From an uncultured Brevinematales bacterium (GTDB lineage Bacteria > Spirochaetota > Brevinematia > Brevinematales > JAOACQ01), in contig CAYPRX010000006.1 of NCBI GenBank assembly GCA_964413265.1, positions 8,822 to 72,821 on the forward strand: a stretch of DNA of 64,000 nt, read 5' to 3'. How positions within the stretch are numbered: the first letter of the stretch is position 1; every line of letters starts with the position of its first letter. Positions 29,739 through 37,945 of this stretch are shown here, piece by piece. The notes under the pieces are model-generated. The model had not been told where the DNA came from, did no database searches, and saw nothing but the letters and a program-made list of their open reading frames with translations. Position numbers and translations under genes: made by a program.

Positions 29739-30759
29739 ATGAGGAATACGATAGCAGGGAATATTCGTAATTAAACCTGTACTGTCTTGAAATCGTGTCA
29801 AGGATAAGCCCGATTGACATGAGCAGAAAACTGATTATTATGAATCCCATCGCAAGAATCGCTGATGGTACCTTAAAGATATAACGATACTTTATATATT
29901 CTGCAATGACAGGAAGTCCAATAATAATGCCGGCCAGGAAACAAAAAATTGCCGTAGAGCCGAAGAATTGCAGGGGTTTGTAATCCCTTAATATCCTGAA
30001 AATAGTCATAATCACTTTGAAGCCGTCTTTAATAGTGTTCAGCTTTGATTTACTTCCCTGGGGTCTGTCCCGGTAATCTACAGGAATTTCAACTATCCTG
30101 AACCGCTTGTCAAGGGCATGCAGTGTCATTTCTGTCTCGATCTCAAAACCTTCGGAAAGAATCGGAAAATTCTTCACAAACTTTCTGTTGAACACCCTGT
30201 AACCGCTCATTATGTCTTTCAGGGAAGATTTGAATATGAAATTTATAATCAATTTCACAAGGTGATTCCCGAAATTATGGAAAGGCCTTTTATTCTCTCT
30301 GCTGTAATAACCCCCGGAAATTCTGTCACCCACAACCATATCAGCACTGTCATTTGACACAGGAAACAAAAGCCCGGCGGCATCATGGGGACTGTAAGTG
30401 CAATCAGCGTCTACAAGTACAAAAATATCCGAATCTATTTCGGTAAAAGCTCTTCTCACAGCACTGGCCTTTCCCCTGCGGGGTTCGAAGATTACATCAC
30501 CCTTCAGTCCGAGTTTTTTAATCGCAGCTTCTGCTGCCTTCCTGGTGAAGTCGGTTGAATTGTTATCTATAACATAAAAATAAGCCTTCGGGAGTGCTCG
30601 GTAAAAACCTTCTAAAACCTTTCTTATTGTTGCCTCTTCATTATAAGCAGGTATGATAACGCTGATTCTCGGCAAATAAATCCTCCACGCCTGAAAAACC
30701 GGATAAGTATAATATGAGGAATGATTAAAGTCAAAATCAAAATTGAAGCGGCAATGCAA
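29674..30759 (-). CDS. family-2 glycosyltransferase of the polyprenyl-phosphate sugar synthase type (DPM1/GtrB/ArnC-like) with C-terminal TM helices
   Basis: 361 aa. Signatures: ISVIIPAYNEE, VIDNNSTD, VLVDADCTY and two C-terminal TM helices. The last ~21 codons overlap the convergent gene 28932..29738. Confidence 0.8.
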   Translation of the reverse strand: MHCRFNFDFDFNHSSYYTYPVFQAWRIYLPRISVIIPAYNEEATIRKVLEGFYRALPKAYFYVIDNNSTDFTRKAAEAAIKKLGLKGDVIFEPRRGKASAVRRAFTEIDSDIFVLVDADCTYSPHDAAGLLFPVSNDSADMVVGDRISGGYYSRENKRPFHNFGNHLVKLIINFIFKSSLKDIMSGYRVFNRKFVKNFPILSEGFEIETEMTLHALDKRFRIVEIPVDYRDRPQGSKSKLNTIKDGFKVIMTIFRILRDYKPLQFFGSTAIFCFLAGIIIGLPVIAEYIKYRYIFKVPSAILAMGFIIISFLLMSIGLILDTISRQYRFNYEYSLLSYSSSKRTGLNNSTISGNGSSFRAR

Positions 30760-30795
30760 ATTTCATCAATGTTTTATAAAATATTGCCCCGGCTC

Positions 30796-31188
30796 TTACT
30801 TTTTTCCTTTGAAAATCATCGAGTCAATACTCCAGATCCCCGAACTGCGGGCCGCAATTAAAAGGAATGTGAAGCAAAATAATGCTGCCAATTCACCCTT
30901 ATTGACAACAGGAAGAAAAGCTTGAGGTGCATGGATCATAAAGTAAGCACACGCCATTTCGCCGCTGGCGATAAAAGCTGCTACAGGAGTAAATAGACCA
31001 ACCATTACCAGCAAACCGCCGAAAAATTCAATTGTGCCGCTGATATATAATAATAATAAAGGTATTTGGCCACCCCCCGCAGGAAATCCGAATAATTTCA
31101 TAGAACCATGCCACAAAAACAAAAATCCGGCAATTATCCGGAAAATTGAATAGATATAGGGTTCTAACTTCTCAATAAAAGATTTCAT
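30796..31188 (-). CDS. DoxX-family membrane protein
   Basis: 130 aa with 4 TM helices and RIIAGFLFLWHGSMKLFG, typical of DoxX. Confidence 0.7.
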   Translation of the reverse strand: MKSFIEKLEPYIYSIFRIIAGFLFLWHGSMKLFGFPAGGGQIPLLLLYISGTIEFFGGLLVMVGLFTPVAAFIASGEMACAYFMIHAPQAFLPVVNKGELAALFCFTFLLIAARSSGIWSIDSMIFKGKK

Positions 31189-31381
31189 GATACCTCCTTT
31201 TTTTAAGCCCTGAACCGATTAAATTCAATTTATAATACTAAAAAAATTCAGAAAAGGAAAATATTGAACACTTAAACTCCATCTTTTTTAATTCATATTG
31301 TAATTGACACGGCCTTAAAGTTCAATGTTTCTTGTCTATTCCTGCTGATTAGATTAAAATTCATGTTGTAAAGGAGCACTG

Positions 31382-32488
31382 ATGAGGATTGTTCTTGATG
31401 CAAGAATGGTTAAAATGTCAGGGATCGGCAGGTATATCGATTCACTGATCCCATTTTTAGCAGTAAATTTCGATCTGACGCTGCTCGGCAATCCAGGAGA
31501 TCTTGAAAAATACGGCATCCATATCATCCGCGCTTCTTCAAGGCCCTATTCACCCTTAGAACAGACAGAGCTGCCCCTGAAGATACCGTCTGCGGATCTT
31601 TTCTGGACACCTCATTTCAACGCCCCGATCCTGCCTATAAAGGCCGCTAAAAGGATAGTTACCATACATGATGTATTCCACCTTACATGTCTCTCAAAAG
31701 ACGGTTTTTTTCGCAGAAAATATGCGATGATTCTCTATTCAAACGCCATCAAAAGATCCGATGCTGTTTTCACGATCTCTGAATTTACAAAAACTGAGAT
31801 TGAAAGATTTTTCCCGCGGAAGAGAAAATATCTTTCAAGGATCAGGGTCATACCAAGGTATCCGGATCCTAAATTCAGAAAACTCGATATGACTGAAGAA
31901 TCAATCATTGATTTCATGGACAAGACGAAGCTTCCTGCAAGGTTCGTCCTTTATGTCGGAAATATAAAACCCCATAAAAATATAACAGGTCTCTTGAGAG
32001 CCTTTGATCTAATCCGTAAAACAGATAACTCTCTCCATCTTGTTTGCGTAGGCCAGAAGAATAATTTTCTTACCGGTTTTAACGGAATGCAAAATCTCAT
32101 AAGATCACTGGGCCTCGAGAGTAAGGTTTTTTTCACAGGGATTCTGGATGACGAAAAACTCGTCAAAATTTACAACTCTGCGCAGGTTCTAGTTCTTCCG
32201 TCTTTTTACGAGGGATTCGGCCTTCCTTCCCTCGAGGCTATGGCCTGCGGTTGCCCGGTTGTCGCTTCCTCCATACCCCCCTTAAGAGAGGTTTGCTCAA
32301 ATGCCGCTGTTTATGTTGATCCACATTCAGAACAGGATATTGCCGGTACCGTTTTGAGTGTCATAAATGACAAAAAAATACGGAAACATCTTATCAAAGA
32401 GGGATTGACACGGGCGGCAGAATTTAAACGAGAAAAAATTGAACGGAAATATATAATGGAACTTGAATCAATATTCAGGAATATGTGA
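31382..32488 (+). CDS. family-4 (GT-B, Glycos_transf_1) glycosyltransferase
   Basis: 368 aa. The C-terminal half has VGNIKPHKN, LPSFYEGFGLPSLEAMACGCPVV (EX7E motif). Confidence 0.85.
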   Translation: MRIVLDARMVKMSGIGRYIDSLIPFLAVNFDLTLLGNPGDLEKYGIHIIRASSRPYSPLEQTELPLKIPSADLFWTPHFNAPILPIKAAKRIVTIHDVFHLTCLSKDGFFRRKYAMILYSNAIKRSDAVFTISEFTKTEIERFFPRKRKYLSRIRVIPRYPDPKFRKLDMTEESIIDFMDKTKLPARFVLYVGNIKPHKNITGLLRAFDLIRKTDNSLHLVCVGQKNNFLTGFNGMQNLIRSLGLESKVFFTGILDDEKLVKIYNSAQVLVLPSFYEGFGLPSLEAMACGCPVVASSIPPLREVCSNAAVYVDPHSEQDIAGTVLSVINDKKIRKHLIKEGLTRAAEFKREKIERKYIMELESIFRNM

Positions 32489-33736
32489 ATGCATGCACTG
32501 ATTCTGGCAGGCGGTCTCGGAACAAGGCTGTCCACCATCCTTAAAGACCAGCCAAAACCTATGGCACCCATCGGAAAAAGACCCTTTCTGGAATTCATTA
32601 TAGCTATGCTTGAAAAACAGGGGATCAGGGATATTGTCCTTCTTACAGGACATAAAAGTGGAACTGTCGAAAAGCATTTCGGGGATGGACGAAATTTTGG
32701 CGTATCTATAATTTATTCAATTGAAAGGGAGCCCCTTGGAACAGGCGGGGCTGTGAAACTGGCTTCCGGCTTGCTCTCAGGTGATGAGGATTTTTTAGTT
32801 CTGAATGGAGATACTTATTTTAACATAGATTACATGAACCTCATAGATTTTCATAAGAAGAAAAAAGCCCTGATGACTGTATCGCTTAAATATGTGGATG
32901 ATCCGGGCCGATACGGTTCCATCACAATACAGGATTACCGTGTGTCAGGTTTTATTGAAAAAGGTTCTATTTCAGGCGGAGGCTATATAAACGGAGGAGT
33001 TATGGTTCTCTCACCCGGAGCTCTTTCGTATTTCAGAAGGGATGGTTTCCTTTCACTTGAGAGAGAGGTAATGCCCTCCCTGCTTGAAACAGGAAGGGTT
33101 TTTGGAATTCCCTTTGGAGGAAAATTCATTGATATCGGAATTCCGGATGATTACAGAGCATCACTGGAAAAACTGCCCTTGTGGGAACGAACACACATGA
33201 TCAGGGCCGCTTTCCTGGACCGTGACGGAATTATCAATGAAGACAACGGATACCTGTACAGGGTCAAAGAACTGAAGCTGCTGGACGGTTCAGTTTCCTT
33301 TTTAAAAGTCTTGAAGAAAATGGGTTTTAGTTTTATTATAATAACCAACCAGTCCGGGATTGGTAAGGGAATTTTCAGTGAAGAGGATTATCATATTTTT
33401 CAGAACGAACTCATTAGAAAGCTCTCAACAGAGGGGATCGATATTTTAGACAGTTTTTTCTGCCCATTTCATCCTGAAGCAAGCATTTTGGAATACAGGT
33501 GGGAGAGCATCTTAAGGAAACCTGAGCCGGGGATGGTCCTTGCTGCCGCTGATAAGCACTTTATCGATATAGCCAAAAGCGTAATGATAGGAGACAAGGA
33601 AAGCGATCGTATACACCTCCCCTATCTAAGAAATTACATATTAAGAGGCCATTACGATGTCGATGAGTCACTCGGGGTTTATTCTGATTTCGATGAAATA
33701 CTGGAGGCCATAAAAAATGACTGGCGGGATAGTTAG
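32489..33736 (+). CDS. fused sugar-1-phosphate nucleotidyltransferase (HddC-like) / D,D-heptose 1,7-bisphosphate phosphatase (GmhB)
   Basis: 415 aa. Residues 1-~235 form an NTP-transferase (ILAGGLGTRL, PLGTGGA, NGDTY). Residues ~245-415 form a HAD-IIIA domain (AFLDRDGIINED, ITNQSGIGKG, CPFHPE, RKPEPGM, IGDKESD). The start abuts the GT4 stop (TGAATG) and the 3' end overlaps the kinase gene by 20 nt. Confidence 0.8.
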   Translation: MHALILAGGLGTRLSTILKDQPKPMAPIGKRPFLEFIIAMLEKQGIRDIVLLTGHKSGTVEKHFGDGRNFGVSIIYSIEREPLGTGGAVKLASGLLSGDEDFLVLNGDTYFNIDYMNLIDFHKKKKALMTVSLKYVDDPGRYGSITIQDYRVSGFIEKGSISGGGYINGGVMVLSPGALSYFRRDGFLSLEREVMPSLLETGRVFGIPFGGKFIDIGIPDDYRASLEKLPLWERTHMIRAAFLDRDGIINEDNGYLYRVKELKLLDGSVSFLKVLKKMGFSFIIITNQSGIGKGIFSEEDYHIFQNELIRKLSTEGIDILDSFFCPFHPEASILEYRWESILRKPEPGMVLAAADKHFIDIAKSVMIGDKESDRIHLPYLRNYILRGHYDVDESLGVYSDFDEILEAIKNDWRDS

Positions 33737-34751
33737 AAGCAAGGCTCCGCTGCGTCTCGGGCTTGCCGGCGGAGGGACTGATGTTTCCCCCTATTCAGAG
33801 ATTTACGGAGGGGCTGTCCTTAACGCCACAATCGATATGAGCACTTACACTACACTCGAAGTGCTAGACAGGCCCCTGATAATACTGGAGGCTCTGGAAA
33901 GGGGTGAGATCTATGAGTACCCCCTTGCATCCCATCTTGACATAGATGGAAAACTCGACATGCACAAGGGTGTTTATAACCGAATCATGAAGGATTTTAA
34001 CGGGGGCATTGCTTTACCTGTTAAGATAACCACCCACAGCGACGCTCCGGCTGGTTCAGGGCTTGGCACTTCTTCCTCTCTTGCAGTATCGATCATCGCT
34101 GCCTTCCAGGAACTTCTCAGCATACCAATCGGCGAGTACGAAGTGGCTCACCTGGCTTATGAAATCGAAAGGATTGACCTCCGTATGGAAGGTGGAAAAC
34201 AGGATCAGTACGCCGCAGCTTTCGGAGGTTTTAATTTCATAGAGTTCTTCAACGGAGATAAGGTCATAGTGAACCCTCTAAGGATAAAAAAGAAATTCAT
34301 TAACGAACTTCAGTATAACCTTTTACTCTATTATACCGGTACAAGCCGCCTTTCAGCAGAAATCATCAGGAATCAGGTAAAAAATGTTACGAACGGCGAT
34401 AATAAATCAATAGAAGCCATGCATAAAGTCAAGGAACAGGCAGTAATGATGAAAGAGGCCCTCCTTAAGGGTGAAATAGACAGGATCGGGGAAATTCTCG
34501 ATTACGGCTGGCAGTATAAGAAAGAGATGGCGGGATGTATAACAAATTCAGTTATAGATTCCGTTTATGAAAGTGCAATGAAGCATGGCGCCATAGGATG
34601 CAAGGTCACCGGAGCCGGAGGCGGAGGTTTCATGATGATTTACTGTAACGGATTAAAAAGGTACGATATATATAAAGGACTCGAACAGTTCGGAGGCCGT
34701 TTTGTCGAATTCCATTTTAGCGAACAGGGAGTTGAGACATGGCGGCTTTAA
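33717..34751 (+). CDS. hddA: GHMP kinase, D-glycero-D-manno-heptose 7-phosphate kinase (HddA) type
   Basis: 344 aa. Signatures: RSKAPLRLGLAGGGTDVSPY, PAGSGLGTSSS (GHMP motif II), GKQDQYAAAFGG and TGAGGGGF. Confidence 0.8.
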   Translation: MTGGIVRSKAPLRLGLAGGGTDVSPYSEIYGGAVLNATIDMSTYTTLEVLDRPLIILEALERGEIYEYPLASHLDIDGKLDMHKGVYNRIMKDFNGGIALPVKITTHSDAPAGSGLGTSSSLAVSIIAAFQELLSIPIGEYEVAHLAYEIERIDLRMEGGKQDQYAAAFGGFNFIEFFNGDKVIVNPLRIKKKFINELQYNLLLYYTGTSRLSAEIIRNQVKNVTNGDNKSIEAMHKVKEQAVMMKEALLKGEIDRIGEILDYGWQYKKEMAGCITNSVIDSVYESAMKHGAIGCKVTGAGGGGFMMIYCNGLKRYDIYKGLEQFGGRFVEFHFSEQGVETWRL

Positions 34752-34841
34752 TATTTACATTAAAAAGTGGCAATATAAAATAGTTTAAATAAAATAATAG
34801 TTATTTTTTTGATTTTATATTATTAATCAAGTATAATAATA

Positions 34842-34857
34842 ATTGGATTGATCCAAT
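34842..34857. repeat. short inverted repeat ATTGGAT-TG-ATCCAAT (function unknown)
   Basis: Read directly. It lies in the 315-nt AT-rich gap upstream of the small-protein operon. Confidence 0.6.
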
Positions 34858-35069
34858 CGTTTCTTTATCTATGACGGGAACATTATCGGGGGTTAGTTGT
34901 AGATAAGGAATTTCTGTTTTTCTTTTACGAAATAATGAGCATCTGCTTGAATAATGTATTAAAGGGCGTGTCTTGAAAATATTTTTGCTTAGGGGCAAAT
35001 TTTAATTGCCTTTTTGTATTTTTGTTAGTAAATTTTATTGGCGGATTATTTCCGTCAGAAGAGGTGGAT

Positions 35070-35282
35070 ATGTCTATATTTTTATCCCTGACTTATAAGC
35101 ATCCGGAGGACGCCGAGGCTATAAAAATCGAGAAGGAATATAAGGCCGTTATGAAAGATTTCCTGAAATTCATGTCATACAGGGACGCCAAGAAACTGTT
35201 CATTAAAACAGCTATCGAGGCCATGAAGGCTCTGCAAGCTAAGAATAAAGAAAAAGCGGCCAGAGCAGCATCAAAAAAATAA
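35070..35282 (+). CDS. small charged helical protein (70 aa), paralogue of the next gene
   Basis: ATG at 35070 preceded by GAGGTGG. It shares E.EYKA(V/M).K ... KK(L/M)(F/I)(I/M)K..(A/V)I.A(M/L)K with the product of 35303..35494 in an ungapped alignment. The longer track ORF from 35022 uses a TTG with no SD. Confidence 0.5.
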   Translation: MSIFLSLTYKHPEDAEAIKIEKEYKAVMKDFLKFMSYRDAKKLFIKTAIEAMKALQAKNKEKAARAASKK

Positions 35283-35302
35283 ATATTATATAAGGAGGGC
35301 TT

Positions 35303-35494
35303 ATGCCCATCAATCTCCCTGACTACGCGGACAACGAAGAAGAAAGAAAACTGGAGGCTGAGTATAAAGCCATGCGAAAAATATTGATACGCGATTGCGA
35401 TCCTTCAGTTCTTGATAAAATGATAATGAAAAAGGTCATCCCCGCTCTTAAAGAAGCCACAAAGAAAAGAGTGGCAAGCATGAATCTCTTTTAA
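35303..35494 (+). CDS. small charged helical protein (63 aa), paralogue of the previous gene
   Basis: A strong SD (TAAGGAGGG) lies 4 nt before the ATG. See the paralogy noted above. Confidence 0.55.
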   Translation: MPINLPDYADNEEERKLEAEYKAMRKILIRDCDPSVLDKMIMKKVIPALKEATKKRVASMNLF

Positions 35495-35508
35495 GGCGGT
35501 TAAATAAT

Positions 35509-35883
35509 ATGGAATTGAATTTCAGTACCTTCACAGTCTCCAGGGACGTTTACAAGAGGTTTTTTGATCTGCAGAAAAAGTACATGGAAGTTCATTTCGC
35601 GGGTAAAAGACGGCTTTTCAACGAATTCGTGATTAAAAACGGCTGCGATACGCTGTTAAAGCAGAAAGGAGTCGCTTACAAGTACAATCAGTCTGAAAAG
35701 GTGCATCTTAAATTGTGGTTTTACGATTTTATTGTCGATATACTGGACAAGACGAGAGAAAAGCTCATTAAGAGCGGCGGCCTGACGGCACCCAGGATCA
35801 ATAACAAGAAAATTCTTATCAACGACCTGATTATAAGCGCCGGGTGCAATAAAGTCATTGAATTCGTTAAAAAAGCCTCTTAA
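35509..35883 (+). CDS. hypothetical 124-aa protein, third gene of the small operon
   Basis: It starts 14 nt after the previous stop. It is basic and has two segments with a strand-helix pattern reminiscent of ribbon-helix-helix (FTVSRDVYKRFFDLQKKY; VHLKLWFYDFIVDILDKTREKL). That reading is speculative. Confidence 0.45.
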   Translation: MELNFSTFTVSRDVYKRFFDLQKKYMEVHFAGKRRLFNEFVIKNGCDTLLKQKGVAYKYNQSEKVHLKLWFYDFIVDILDKTREKLIKSGGLTAPRINNKKILINDLIISAGCNKVIEFVKKAS

Positions 35884-35884
35884 A

Positions 35885-36715
35885 TCATACCCTGCTGAAA
35901 TCCCTTATAAACCAGTCTATAAGCTTTCTAGCCACACTGATAGAAATGGGGCCGTACTGTATTTCAGCCGGAGAAAACCAGGCAGCATCCAGTATTTCCC
36001 TGCCGTCTATCATTATCTCGCCCGATTCATAAAGAGCAGTGTAGGCAAGCATCAGTGAATCCGGAAAGGGCCAGGGTTGGCTTCCAAAATATTTTATATC
36101 TTTTATCCTGATATTTGTCTCTTCCTGGACCTCCCTTTTTACACATTCCTCAGCTGATTCACCTGGTTCTATAAAGCCTGCAATAACGCTGTAAAATTTG
36201 CTCCTGAACCTGGCAGCCCTGGCCATCAGGAGTTTCCCTTCTCTAATCACGGCAACTATCACAGCTGGAGATATTCTTGGATAAACGGTATTTCCGCAGT
36301 TTTCACAATGCCTGGCCCGTTCACGGGCGGAGTCGGACATTACCATCCCGCATTTCCCGCAGTACTTATTGTTTTTCATCCAGTGTACAAGGTGATTACC
36401 AAGACCCGCGGCCTTGAAAAAAGCATCGCCGGTTTTACCGAATAGATCATAGACTCTCAAAAATAATAAGTCTGTACCGGCGTGAGAAGGCTGAAACCCT
36501 TCCAAAATTCCGCCCGCGATGCATGGAGTTTTGTCAATTTCGCCTATGTACTGTGTAAGATCCATATTCAATTGCCCAATTTCATCAGAACTCATCAGCG
36601 GCACTGAATATCCTCCTTCTTCATGGCGTAGAAGAAGTTCGTCGCTTTTGTAAAGAAAAATATAACTCCTTTCGGGCGGAGCCGTTATTATTTTATATCC
36701 AGGATTGAATACCAT
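35885..36715 (-). CDS. nudC: NADH pyrophosphatase (Nudix, NudC type)
   Basis: 276 aa. It has the zinc ribbon CGKCG...CENCG followed by YPRISPAVIV, and the Nudix box GFIEPGESAEECVKREVQEETNI. Confidence 0.85.
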   Translation of the reverse strand: MVFNPGYKIITAPPERSYIFLYKSDELLLRHEEGGYSVPLMSSDEIGQLNMDLTQYIGEIDKTPCIAGGILEGFQPSHAGTDLLFLRVYDLFGKTGDAFFKAAGLGNHLVHWMKNNKYCGKCGMVMSDSARERARHCENCGNTVYPRISPAVIVAVIREGKLLMARAARFRSKFYSVIAGFIEPGESAEECVKREVQEETNIRIKDIKYFGSQPWPFPDSLMLAYTALYESGEIMIDGREILDAAWFSPAEIQYGPISISVARKLIDWFIRDFSRV

Positions 36716-36728
36716 ATTTCACCTCCGC

Positions 36729-37907
36729 CTAAATGACAATGCAGACAAGACCTTTAAGATATTCGGACTGCGGATAAGACAGGAGCACCGGATGGTCAGT
36801 AGCCTGTGTCAGCACCTGTACAATCTGAACCTCTCTCAATGCATCTGTCCCTGCCCAGCTGACAGTCATCCTGAAATCAGCTGCACTGATACCACCGGAG
36901 CATGAAAATGTCACAAGGATCCCGCCAGGCCTCAGGATGTTCATGGCCAGGAGATTGATGTCTTTGTAGGCCCTCATACCCCTGTTCCTGTATTGTCGGC
37001 TAGGCGCGAACTTCGGCGGATCAAGCACTACCATGTCAAAGAGCCTCCCTTCATCCCTGAATACACGGAGGCAGGTAAAGACATCATCCCTCTGAATCGA
37101 ACAAATCCCTTCCGGAATATTATTGAGCCTGAGATTTTCTTCGAGAAGTTTTAAAGCCTCTGCTGAGGAATCGATCGAAACGACAGAAGATGCACCCGCC
37201 TTCAGCGCAGACAGCGTGAATCCTCCGGAATAGCAGAAACAATCCAATATCTCCTTCCCAGCAGCATACGAAGAGGCAATTTTTCTATTGTCACGCTGAT
37301 CCAGGAAAAAACCCGTTTTCTGACCAATTGCAGGTTCTACGGAATACATTATCCCATTTTCTTTTATTATAACGTCCCCAGGAGTTCTGCCCATCAGGGG
37401 TCCTGACGATTCCGGAAGTCCTTCAAGAGCGCGGATTGCCGCATCGCTTCTCTCATAAATATCATCAAGTTTTAAAATAGAATGTAGAATTCCGGCTATG
37501 ATGCCTTTTATATTTTCAACACCTGCTGTCAGAGCCTGCAGCACCAAAGTGCTTCCGTAGCGGTCGACAATAAGGCCGGGAAGAAAATCAGCTTCACCGA
37601 ATACAAGTCTCATGGCATCGGTTTCTGACGATAATTCCCTCCTCCTGCCAATGGATGCCCTGATCATTCTCTCCCACCAGGCTGCATCGATTATAATGTC
37701 CTCTCTGAATTCCAGTATCCTGGCGCAGATCTTTGAACGCGGATTATAATGTGCCTGGGCCAGGAACGCCCCCTCATAGTCCCTGATATGAACGATCTCT
37801 CCCGCCGTCGGCTCACCGGTAGTTTTTAGAACTGCCCCCGTAAAAATCCATGGATGGCGATGATGAATTGACCTTTCTCTTCCGGGTTTAATAATGATGG
37901 AATTCAT
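36729..37907 (-). CDS. rlmI: 23S rRNA (cytosine-C5) methyltransferase RlmI-like (PUA + class I SAM MTase)
   Basis: 392 aa. Signatures: N-terminal GRERSIHHRHPWIF (PUA-like), LDCFCYSGGFT, DSS and VLDPPKFA. Confidence 0.8.
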   Translation of the reverse strand: MNSIIIKPGRERSIHHRHPWIFTGAVLKTTGEPTAGEIVHIRDYEGAFLAQAHYNPRSKICARILEFREDIIIDAAWWERMIRASIGRRRELSSETDAMRLVFGEADFLPGLIVDRYGSTLVLQALTAGVENIKGIIAGILHSILKLDDIYERSDAAIRALEGLPESSGPLMGRTPGDVIIKENGIMYSVEPAIGQKTGFFLDQRDNRKIASSYAAGKEILDCFCYSGGFTLSALKAGASSVVSIDSSAEALKLLEENLRLNNIPEGICSIQRDDVFTCLRVFRDEGRLFDMVVLDPPKFAPSRQYRNRGMRAYKDINLLAMNILRPGGILVTFSCSGGISAADFRMTVSWAGTDALREVQIVQVLTQATDHPVLLSYPQSEYLKGLVCIVI

Positions 37908-37945
37908 TTCTATATCTTATCCTTGGTCAACTCCGCCTTTTTAAA

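Noticed and set aside
34801-34998. 65-aa minus-strand ORF in the AT-rich gap
   Set aside because: It has no SD and Lys/Ile-rich AT-driven composition. It lies in what looks like a promoter/leader region for the plus-strand operon.
34992-35010. Sigma54-like GGCAA-N-TTGCC element (GGGGCAAATTTTAATTGCC)
   Set aside because: The GG-to-GC spacing is two nucleotides longer than in the TGGCAC-N5-TTGC consensus. It is more simply a small palindrome.
35022-35069. Upstream TTG-initiated extension of the first small protein (MLVNFIGGLFPSEEVD)
   Set aside because: There is no SD before the TTG, whereas GAGGTGG directly precedes the ATG at 35070. The paralogue also starts at the equivalent position.
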